A DNA stretch of 28,092 bases. It comes from Planctomycetota bacterium (GTDB lineage Bacteria; Planctomycetota; GCA-002687715; DRQF01). The stretch covers positions 1 to 28,092 of the forward strand of contig JAZGFI010000209.1 of NCBI GenBank assembly GCA_036479435.1, written 5' to 3'. Positions 9,514 through 17,631 of this stretch are shown here, in pieces. A program made the position numbers and the translations under genes. How positions within the stretch are numbered: position 1 is the first letter of the stretch; the number at the start of each line of letters is the position of its first letter. The notes beneath the pieces were generated by a model. It saw only the letters and a list, made by a program, of their open reading frames with translations. It made no database searches and was not told the origin of the DNA.

Positions 9514-10047
9514 ATGGCACAAACAACAGAATGCAGCTCTTGTGGCAAGAGCATCAAGCTCCCCGAAGACGCTGCGGGAAAAAAGATCAAGTGTGCCGAT
9601 TGCGGTGCCATTCATGTGATCCATGCGACGCCGGGCGGCACGCTCTTTTTTACCTCGGCATCGCCGCCACCCGGGGACTCAGGGGACCTTGATGCGCATT
9701 CCGCTCCCCAGGAACTCCGGTCCCGCAAAGGCCGTCGTCGCAAAAAGAGCCGCTCAAGATCCCGCCAAGCATCCCCCGGCTCAGCGAAAAGCACGCCGCA
9801 TCAATCGCGCGAGCGCAAACCATCCAACAACTTGGCCATCGCCCTGATATCGACGCTTTGTTGCTTTTTCCCCCTTGGCTTCGTTTCGATTTACTACGCC
9901 ATCAAGGTTGACGGGCATTGGCGACACGGGGAAGACCGCGAAGCCTACGCGGCTGCGAACAAGGCGAAGAACTACGCCATTTGGGGCATGTTTTGTGGCC
10001 TCGCGATCATGGCGATCTGGCGAGTCATCAAATTCAACAACCGCTAA
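9514..10047 (+). CDS. CD225/dispanin family protein with N-terminal zinc ribbon
   Basis: CSSC...CADC zinc ribbon, then PSNNLAIALISTLCCFFPLGFVSIYYAIKV...GE...A..AANKAK CD225 pattern. Confidence 0.88.
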   Translation: MAQTTECSSCGKSIKLPEDAAGKKIKCADCGAIHVIHATPGGTLFFTSASPPPGDSGDLDAHSAPQELRSRKGRRRKKSRSRSRQASPGSAKSTPHQSRERKPSNNLAIALISTLCCFFPLGFVSIYYAIKVDGHWRHGEDREAYAAANKAKNYAIWGMFCGLAIMAIWRVIKFNNR

Positions 10048-10076
10048 GAACGGGCCGCACGAAGACCGCGACGACC

Positions 10077-10877
10077 ATGCTCAAGCCAAATTCAACGCCC
10101 ATCTACGCCGCCGAGACCTGGCGCAAGTGTCTCGTTCGCAACGACGCCTTCACTTTTGAGGCGCTCTGGAATCGCCCCGAATCTTGGATCGAATCGCCCA
10201 ACGAAGGCCGCGGCGGTTGGAGCGGAGTCAAAAAGATCAGCCTCGATCTCCCCGCCGGCACGACGGCTGAATTTTTTCTGAAGTGCCAAGAGAACTACGC
10301 CTCCCGCAGTTGGCGACACCCCATTTTTGGTGAGCTGACTTTTGCTCGCGAGTTTCGAAACCTGCGAGAATTTTCGCAACTGCATCTCCCCACGCCGGAA
10401 CTGATCTACTTCGACTGCGATCGCGCCCCGGGCCGACGCCGGGCTCTGCTCATGACCACCGCCTTACCGGACCGCTTTCTTTCACTAGAAGAATGGATGC
10501 TCCGTTGGCAACAAAAAGACTGGCCCGAAGCAAAGAACAAGTCGCGGATCATCAAGGCCATCGCTCACATCGTGCGGCGGATGCACGAAGCGCGTTTCCA
10601 ACACAATGGCCTTTATCCGAAGCACATTTTCTTGTCCCTGGGTGGCGCCGAAATTGAAATCCGCCTCATCGATCTCGAAAAGACTCGCCAGCGGCGCCAA
10701 GACCTCGCGTGTCTGCGCGATCTCGACACGCTCAACCGTCGCACGAAGACCTGGACTGACTTTGAGCGCCTACGTTTTTTGATCGACTACTTCGGCCCCG
10801 ACGCAGACCATGCCTTGCGATCTCGTACCCTCGCCAAACTCATGAGTCTTCGGGAAGCTAAAGCGAAGCGCCGCTAA
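10077..10877 (+). CDS. Lipopolysaccharide kinase InaA/Kdo/WaaP family protein
   Basis: WIESPNEGRGGWSGV, FFLKCQENY, HP.FGE.TF.RE, QHNGLYPKHIF and LIDLEK. ATG at 10077 is preferred because the longer ORF overlaps the CD225 gene. Confidence 0.88.
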   Translation: MLKPNSTPIYAAETWRKCLVRNDAFTFEALWNRPESWIESPNEGRGGWSGVKKISLDLPAGTTAEFFLKCQENYASRSWRHPIFGELTFAREFRNLREFSQLHLPTPELIYFDCDRAPGRRRALLMTTALPDRFLSLEEWMLRWQQKDWPEAKNKSRIIKAIAHIVRRMHEARFQHNGLYPKHIFLSLGGAEIEIRLIDLEKTRQRRQDLACLRDLDTLNRRTKTWTDFERLRFLIDYFGPDADHALRSRTLAKLMSLREAKAKRR

Positions 10878-11225
10878 CGCTCCTTGATAGGACAACCTTC
10901 ATAGGTTCGATTGGCTAGGAGCCCCTCGCCTTTCATGACCACCGAGTTCGCCGTCACGGTAGCGCCTTCAGCGATGGCCGCGCCGTACAAGAGTACACTC
11001 CCCGCACTCGTGGTCGCGCCCTTGCGGACAAAAACCAAATCGGTCTTGAGAACTCGGTCTTCAAAACTGTGGGCTTGGAACAGCCCATTGATGGTCGCCC
11101 CGTCTTCAAGCTGAAGCATGTCGGAGTAATTAGAGCAACAATAGCGTCCTTGCGGCCTGCAGCAAAAAGATGTCTGGCAAGAGCGGCCCGAGGCAAGAAT
11201 CGGACGCTTCATCGAAATCCTCCAT
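10874..11225 (-). pseudogene. Remnant of a Pls/PosA-type NRPS-like gene (N-terminal stub plus C-terminal hexapeptide-repeat end)
   Basis: C-terminal DMLQLEDGATINGLFQAHSFEDRVLK...NSVVMKGEGL...YEGCP. ATG at 11225, just after the cupin stop, encodes MEDFDEASDSCLGPLLPDIFLLQAART, which resembles an adenylation-domain N-terminus. Confidence 0.7.
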
Positions 11226-11228
11226 TGA

Positions 11229-12332
11229 TTAGTTGTCGCCATCCAGACTTGCTGGCAGCGTCACTTCGAGGAACTCAAGGTCGTCAGTGGGCTCTTCGAT
11301 CCGATGGCTCATGCTTTGCGGAAGAACAAGCGCGTCGCCAGCGCCCAAGTTCTCAAAGAGGCTCTCGCTCACTTCGAGGCTCATGTTGCCTGCGGTAACG
11401 AAAAGAAAACAAAACTCTCCGTCGAAAGTCAGATCACAAGGATGGTGAACTCCGTAACGTCTTACGATTCGGGCTTCGCCAAGCCCTGCCGTGGCAGAAG
11501 CGAATCCGAAAGGCCGCGCCTCAAAGCCCTCTTGTCGCCAAGGCATCCAAATGGCACCAGCCGCAAGGTGACGCACAAAGCGTTGGCCCCCAAATTTTCG
11601 AGTCTCTTGCACCACCGAAGTCGGCAGCTCCAGGTCCCAGTCCGCCCGAGTTTCGTGGTGTGCGGGACAGGCCACTTCGACGACTTCGAGCCCAGCCGAG
11701 CATTCCAAAACCCGATGCCGGATCAGTGGCGGCTGTAAAACACTATCGCCAGCTTCCAACACAAAGGGCGGCCCTTGGTCTTCGTAGACCAAGCGCACCC
11801 AGCCGCGATGGCAGTAGATCATCTGGAATCGCACTCGGTGAAAGTGGGGACTGTCGGGAACCAAGCCACCTTCAGGAATCTGAATCTGCGACGCGGTGAA
11901 GCGCCCGCCCAAATGCCCGGGTATGAGATCGCGGTAGAGCATGCCCGCGCGCCCAACCGTCCAAGCGTCTCCTTCGCCCAAACGACTGCAAGTCAACTCG
12001 GGCTGCAAGCGCGGAACAAACGCCGGGGCATCAGAACTGGTGTCGACCCATTCAATCTGCAGCCCGTCGGGCCCCACCGTCGGGCGATCAATAGACACGC
12101 CAAGTCGAGGGCTATGCTCCAGCCTTAGGCGAGAAGGTGGAACCCCATCACAATCGCCGCGCTCAAATCGCAAGCGCAAGCCGTAGCCCGAGAGCACCAA
12201 GACCCCCGGATCATCGGCCGGAAACACCGCCTCCCAGCGAAAACCCAAGCGCTCGCAAAAGAACTCCTGGATCTCCCGGATACTCGTACAGGGCAGACAA
12301 ATCTCGGCTTTGCTGATCTCTTTGGCGGGCAT
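11229..12332 (-). CDS. VOC/glyoxalase-like plus double cupin domain protein
   Basis: N-terminal FFCERLGF..EAVFPADDP. Cupin motifs GRAGMLYRDLIP, HFHRVRFQMIYCHRGWVRLVYEDQGPPF and QPPLIRHRVLE. Confidence 0.85.
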   Translation of the reverse strand: MPAKEISKAEICLPCTSIREIQEFFCERLGFRWEAVFPADDPGVLVLSGYGLRLRFERGDCDGVPPSRLRLEHSPRLGVSIDRPTVGPDGLQIEWVDTSSDAPAFVPRLQPELTCSRLGEGDAWTVGRAGMLYRDLIPGHLGGRFTASQIQIPEGGLVPDSPHFHRVRFQMIYCHRGWVRLVYEDQGPPFVLEAGDSVLQPPLIRHRVLECSAGLEVVEVACPAHHETRADWDLELPTSVVQETRKFGGQRFVRHLAAGAIWMPWRQEGFEARPFGFASATAGLGEARIVRRYGVHHPCDLTFDGEFCFLFVTAGNMSLEVSESLFENLGAGDALVLPQSMSHRIEEPTDDLEFLEVTLPASLDGDN

Positions 12333-12451
12333 TGTTCGTCTCGAGGAAAGATCCAGTCGGCGAAGCGGCATTGTACCTCACCGCAATCCAATACCTCAGT
12401 ACCCGTCTCTTGAGAACTTGAGAATAGTCATCGGGCACATTCTCCTCCGAG

Positions 12452-12832
12452 TCAGTCATAGCCAGCGGTTACATCGCGGATGACGCTTGATTCATGACTT
12501 TTCAGCTCGAGTGAAACTTCCATAAATCGTCGTAAGCCGATACCTTGAGGCGAGCGAGGTTCCGGGATCGATTCTCGACGCCCCACTGGTCGCCAGCGGA
12601 CATCGTCATGCCGACGGCCCTTTGAGATCCGATCTGGATTTCGTCCGAAGCCGACCCATCCTTGTAGTTCATTCAAGCCTGGACCAGCGTTGTCGACAAC
12701 AATGACCCCATCTGAACTGTCTTGCCGAAGAACGGTATTGGGACCCAGAGCCACTTCGTTTTGAAATCGAGGGCTTGAGCAGGCGCCGAGAGTGATGGAG
12801 AAGAGAACGAGCACCAAGAACTCAAAATCCAT
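12452..12832 (-). CDS. Putative lipoprotein, possibly frameshifted near 12672
   Basis: GGAG SD before ATG 12832 and lipobox LGAC. An alternative frame after about 12672 (NYKDGSASDEIQIGSQRAVGMTMSAGDQWGVENRS) looks more protein-like. Confidence 0.45.
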   Translation of the reverse strand: MDFEFLVLVLFSITLGACSSPRFQNEVALGPNTVLRQDSSDGVIVVDNAGPGLNELQGWVGFGRNPDRISKGRRHDDVRWRPVGRRESIPEPRSPQGIGLRRFMEVSLELKSHESSVIRDVTAGYD

Positions 12833-13068
12833 GTTGTCTTCTCCATTGTCGTGAGCGACGATCTTGCTGCGAGAGGGAAAAGTCCCCGCCCTTGCCATCG
12901 TTCCGCGGTTTCTGCCCCCTCGACGCACTCGCGACTGAATCTGGCTGATCCAATTCGGAATACCTTTCGGACGCCGAGGCTAGCGGCTCCGAGGGCAGAG
13001 TAATGCTCCGCTGCGGTATTCTGTCACCCTTACCTGCCACGCCACCAGCTTCATGACGCAAGAGCTGC

Positions 13069-13683
13069 ATCACGAGGCCGCAAAGTGGTACTGCCGATTT
13101 CTATCGGGAACTAGGCGAGGTGTTTGGCACCAGCCTTGGCTCAGCGAACCGCTGGGGTAGACTCAAAGTGCACAGAGAAAAATGGAAGACGAAGCTCGAG
13201 TCAAGCCTTCGTCGTCCGGCGATCCTGATTGATGAAGCGCAAGAAATGCCCTCGGCGGTGCTTTCTGAATTGCGGCTTTTGGCCAGCGATCGGCTGGACT
13301 CCCTGTCGCTCCTTACCGTAGTCTTGGCTGGCGATGACCGGCTTACTGACAAGTTTCGGCAACAAGAGCTGATCCCGATGGGCAGCCGCATTCGCACCAG
13401 GCTGACTTTGGAAACCATGTCCGCCACGGATCTGTTTAATGGTATTCAGCACGCCATCACCGCGGCTGGAAACGCGAAGCTCATGACCGTGGAGGTCATG
13501 AAAACCTTGGCCGAGCATTCCTTTGGTAACTGGCGAGCGGCCATGAATAGGGCTCAAGAGCTTTTGCTGGATGCCGCGGTCGATGAGCGTATCGAGATCG
13601 ACGAGCAGCTCTACTTTGATGTCTTCGCCGCTGCGAAAGGGCCAAGAGGAAGGAAGAAGAAGCCAGCTAACGCGGGCTCGTGA
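13069..13683 (+). pseudogene. 5'-truncated ExeA-family AAA ATPase of the type that accompanies DDE transposases
   Basis: ITRPQSGTADFYRELGEVFG, Walker B ILIDEAQEM, LTVVLAGD and SRIRTRL. There is no Walker A, an in-frame TGA lies at 13054, and no transposase is present in the window. Confidence 0.8.
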
Positions 13684-13724
13684 CCATGTTTGTCACTTCC
13701 TGGTGAAACAAAAGTGGGCTCTGC

Positions 13725-13995
13725 TGAGGAGCAACCCGCCAAGGGGCAGCGGGACTCGGAAGCCTTCGGGTAAAGAGGCTCACGACGAGGGAACTCGGGT
13801 GGGCCTCACTTATAAGACCAGGGGTGGCCTCAATAGCGCGATGCTGTGAGCCTCAAGATGCGTGGGTGCTTACACAGGCGACAAACCCTGAACACTGAGG
13901 CTTCGCAACATCACATCGACTCCGGTCCTGACCCTCGAGTAGGCTGAGGTTGCCAGGGTACCTCAGTTAGCCCTTCCAAGTCGAGCGCCACCTCA
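13725..13995. repeat. Cluster of 8 CCTCA/TGAGG motifs; possible transposon end
   Basis: TGAGG at 13725, 13896 and 13945. CCTCA at 13804, 13828, 13851, 13961 and 13991. Confidence 0.5.
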
Positions 13996-14054
13996 GCTCG
14001 GCCAACAAAATGGCCCCCATCGCCGCCTAGCCGACAACAAGTTCCAGAAAATCG

Positions 14055-14080
14055 GTAACGATGGGCCAACTCCAAACAAC
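14055..14080 (+). promoter_or_regulatory. Putative ECF-type promoter, possibly autoregulatory
   Basis: GTAAC-N17-CAAC ending 10 nt upstream of the ATG at 14091. Confidence 0.35.
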
Positions 14081-14090
14081 AAGGGGTGTC

Positions 14091-17000
14091 ATGACCATCA
14101 ACATCGAGCGGCTATTCCGCGACTTTCAGCGCACCCGCGACCCAAAACCTCTGGCTAAAGTGTTCGACGCCGTGGCTCCCGACTTGTTGGCGGCCGCCAT
14201 TCATTTCGAACGCGACGCGAACAGTGCCGAGGACTTGGTCCAAGCCACCTTTTTGACCGCCATCGAACGTGCGGGCGAATACCAGCCAGATCGCAAACTC
14301 CGGCCTTGGCTCATGGGCATCTTGAGCAACCACGCGAATAACCAGCGCCGTTCGACAAGAAAAGTTCCAGACCAAAATCGAGTTCGACAATCCCAATCGA
14401 TTGATCCACATCGCGCGGCCGAGACCAAAGAAAAACGGCAAAGAATCGCTGCGGCCATCGACCAGCTTGAAGAGCCCTATCGCAAGACCCTGATTCTCAA
14501 CCTGCAACACGGTCTTAGCCCGGCGGAGATCGCTCACGTCTTGGCCGAAAGCCCCGGCACCATTCGAGTTCGCATCCACCGCGGGATTGAGCGATTGAAG
14601 AAAATCCTCCCGGCGAGTATCGCCGTTTCGATGATGGTTGCCGCACCGACTCTGGCCGCCGTCCGCAAAGTCGTCATGACTCAGGCGGCGAAAGAACTCG
14701 CCCTGTTTTCGACCTCAACATCTTTGCTCTATGGAGGTGCCCTCGTGACGAAGAAAACTCTAGTCCTTGGTGGAATCCTGATGGTGGTGGCCTTGGCCAC
14801 ATGGCTGGTGGTCAAAGAAACGCCCGATGAGAACGAAGTCTCAGTCAAGCCCGACCACCGTTCAACGACTTCGGCGAGCCTCGAACCCAAACGCAGCCAT
14901 GCCAAGGTGATTCCCAAGGCCGAAAGTGAAGTCGGTGACGAGCAGACCAATGAGAATCCTGGCCAAGAGTACTTGGTCGGAAAAGTCATCGATGGCGTCA
15001 GCGGCGAGGCTATTCCCAACGTCGCTTTTGAGGTCCACCTAAAGCACAAAGTTCGGACGATCGACTTGCAAAAAAAGTGGGGACGCCTGACTCGTTGCAC
15101 GCCGCGGTTCTTAGCGACGAACCGAGGTTGGCCTGCTCCCGAAAGCTGGTTGAGCGATGTAGCCCAAGCCGGGCGAGAAGAGTTCGCCGTTAGCGAGCCT
15201 CCCGCTCCCAACGACATCCCCGAGGCCAGTACTCGGTCCGATGCCGACGGGGCTTTCACTTTGCCCTTAGGCCAAGACAGCGGGATTCTTCGATGTCATG
15301 CCGCTGGGTATGTCGAACGATTCGTCGTCGGCGAAGACGCGAAGAAAGCCAAGGTCATCAGCATGTGGCCGGCGCAAACGCTCTACGGGTCGATCATCGA
15401 TCCCAAAGGCAAAGCCATCAAAGAGAAAGTCGCTCTGGTGTTTCGCGACCATCGACGCGGCGAAAACTTGGGCCCTTGGACCACGACAACAGACGAAGCG
15501 GGAAACTTCGAGGTCGTGGTCGGCGCACCACAAGTCCAAGCTCGAGTTTTGAATCCGGGATACTTGATGCTTACTCAGGGGGTTCACCCAAGCCGACCGG
15601 GTCCATGGACGACTCACAACAACTATCGCACGGGAAACAAGGATCGCCCGATCTACATCGTGTTGCGCAAAGTCGCGGTGATTAGGGTTCGCGACGCGCA
15701 GACCAAGCAACCCATCGAAGATCTATTCTTCAAGTCTCGGGATGCACAGAACGGCTACGCACAATTGAGCGGCCACATTTTCGCGCCGGGCGGACTGATC
15801 GAACTCGATAGATCCGATGGCGCGGCTCGTTCTGAAGTCTGGTTGGAGGAACTAAGAAACGCGCGGCGGGAGTTCACAATCTGGGCAACTGGCTTTGAGA
15901 GCAAGACCGTCCAAGTCGCGAGGCTCTTCAGTCTCAAAGAAGACATCGTCGTTGAATTGGACCGCGGTTCACTCAGCGAACTATCAGGCACGGTGCGGCA
16001 AAAAGGCCAAGGTGCGCCCGGCATCGAGATCGCTTTGTTCGGTCATAGCCCCCGCCAATGGGGCGAAGACCGCAACTACCTCATCGATGCGACCCGATCC
16101 CAAGCCAACGGCGCGTTCCGATTCGCCATGCCCGCGGGAAAGTACTTGCTTCGCATCAAGCACGAAGGCCATGTCCATTGCCGCGTCGTGAGCATTCCGT
16201 CTTCGCGAGACCTTACTATCGAACTCGACCGGCTTGCGTCCGTCGTCGTCTTGATGAAAGACACGCGCGGCAACCCGGTTACAGACCACACGGTGGTCTT
16301 AAAAGGGTCTGACGGGCGCAACCACTGGGAAAGCACGAACAGCAAAGGCAACGCTCATTTCGAGCGCTTGCCGGGCGGCAAATTCGAAATCCTGGTGCCC
16401 AACAAGACCACCAAGGGCTCCTTCAGTCCTGATCAGATTTTGCCCCTAGTCCTCAACGAATCCGAGAACAAGCGAATCGACGTCACACTTCCTTCGGCCG
16501 CCGATTCCATTCATCCGCGCCTCGTGGTTGAAGGCCAAGAGAGGCTCGAAGGATGGATTGCCCAGTACGGCATTACTCTCCCAAGAACCAAAGTTCAGAT
16601 TGCCGCCAACGGCGACATCCCCATCAACATCCCGGCAGACGAAGCGCGCCGCCTTGAGATCGTGAGTCCGAAGGGACAGATCTGGGAATTCCCGGTCCCG
16701 AAGAATCTCGGCGAAGCTTGGGAGATTCGAATACCTGAGGGTGGCAAGGGATATGCCGGACGCGTCCTCAATTGGTCCGGGGACAAAGCGCTCAAAGGCA
16801 TGATCGTTCGAGCGACGCCGATCGGCAAAGGACAGCCGACCCACTACCAAGCCACCACCGACAAGGACGGTCATTTTGAACTCAGCGGACTAAGAGACAG
16901 CGACTACAATTTCCGCATCGAGGCCCCACGCTCACGGAGAGTTGGAACTTCAGCTCGGCTGAATCTGGAGACCCCGGTGCGATCAATCTGGCTCAAGATG

Positions 17001-17363
17001 CATGATGCCCCCACTTCTCCACCGCAGTCTCTAGACATCAATTTCCCACTTTCCGTCGGCAAACGCGGGGAACTAGAAGAAGTCAAGATCACGGGCAAGG
17101 TCTTAAAATCCGGAAGCGCCCTGCCCGACGCAATAGTGTACATCTACGCTCTCTACGACCGACCGCGATATTTCATGCAGCTAACGCTTAGGTCCAGCAC
17201 AGACCGCACGCAAAGCGACGGGCGCTACGCCGTCGCGGTTCCTCGGGCACCCCGATATCGCGCCAGCGTTTTTCTGGATGAATCACGCATGTCGCTGGGA
17301 CCCCACGAGTGGACCGTGCTCGGCAAGGAGTCAGAGTTGCACCAAGACATTTCCTACGATTAG
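14091..17363 (+). CDS. ECF sigma factor fused to a TM helix and multiple carboxypeptidase-regulatory-like (CnaB/prealbumin-fold) domains
   Basis: AEDLVQATF, LRPWLMGI and GLSPAEIA...GTIRVRIHRG sigma motifs. TM segment TLVLGGILMVVALATWLVV. Repeated G.V.D...G..I / TD.dG.F motifs. Start at 14091 (alternative 14061). Confidence 0.92.
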   Translation: MTINIERLFRDFQRTRDPKPLAKVFDAVAPDLLAAAIHFERDANSAEDLVQATFLTAIERAGEYQPDRKLRPWLMGILSNHANNQRRSTRKVPDQNRVRQSQSIDPHRAAETKEKRQRIAAAIDQLEEPYRKTLILNLQHGLSPAEIAHVLAESPGTIRVRIHRGIERLKKILPASIAVSMMVAAPTLAAVRKVVMTQAAKELALFSTSTSLLYGGALVTKKTLVLGGILMVVALATWLVVKETPDENEVSVKPDHRSTTSASLEPKRSHAKVIPKAESEVGDEQTNENPGQEYLVGKVIDGVSGEAIPNVAFEVHLKHKVRTIDLQKKWGRLTRCTPRFLATNRGWPAPESWLSDVAQAGREEFAVSEPPAPNDIPEASTRSDADGAFTLPLGQDSGILRCHAAGYVERFVVGEDAKKAKVISMWPAQTLYGSIIDPKGKAIKEKVALVFRDHRRGENLGPWTTTTDEAGNFEVVVGAPQVQARVLNPGYLMLTQGVHPSRPGPWTTHNNYRTGNKDRPIYIVLRKVAVIRVRDAQTKQPIEDLFFKSRDAQNGYAQLSGHIFAPGGLIELDRSDGAARSEVWLEELRNARREFTIWATGFESKTVQVARLFSLKEDIVVELDRGSLSELSGTVRQKGQGAPGIEIALFGHSPRQWGEDRNYLIDATRSQANGAFRFAMPAGKYLLRIKHEGHVHCRVVSIPSSRDLTIELDRLASVVVLMKDTRGNPVTDHTVVLKGSDGRNHWESTNSKGNAHFERLPGGKFEILVPNKTTKGSFSPDQILPLVLNESENKRIDVTLPSAADSIHPRLVVEGQERLEGWIAQYGITLPRTKVQIAANGDIPINIPADEARRLEIVSPKGQIWEFPVPKNLGEAWEIRIPEGGKGYAGRVLNWSGDKALKGMIVRATPIGKGQPTHYQATTDKDGHFELSGLRDSDYNFRIEAPRSRRVGTSARLNLETPVRSIWLKMHDAPTSPPQSLDINFPLSVGKRGELEEVKITGKVLKSGSALPDAIVYIYALYDRPRYFMQLTLRSSTDRTQSDGRYAVAVPRAPRYRASVFLDESRMSLGPHEWTVLGKESELHQDISYD

Positions 17364-17455
17364 ACCACGCCCACCACCGCTCGCCTCAATTGGATATAAA
17401 CATCTTTAATATCAGGATTTAAGTCCAAGCCTGAAACGGAACGCAAAGCCCCCAT

Positions 17456-17494
17456 TTTCGGCTAATCCAAAATGCCATTTTGAATTAGCCGAAA
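17456..17494. repeat. 39-bp near-perfect palindrome between convergent genes
   Basis: TTTCGGCTAATcCAAAATG-C-CATTTTGaATTAGCCGAAA, with 19-nt arms and one mismatch. Confidence 0.8.
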
Positions 17495-17631
17495 TCGCCA
17501 CTGCTGTTGCCAACGATGATTGAGCGCGACATCAGCTCCAAGATCCTTCAGGCGTCGGCAGATTTCCCCGCGGTCGTCCTCACTGGTCCCCGCCAAAGCG
17601 GCAAGCTATCCGCCGCCCGCATGCTCCCGAC

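Noticed and set aside
13725..13995. CRISPR array
   Set aside because: The repeats are only 5-7 bp, in mixed orientation and irregularly spaced, with no cas genes. I saw no CRISPR array anywhere in the window.
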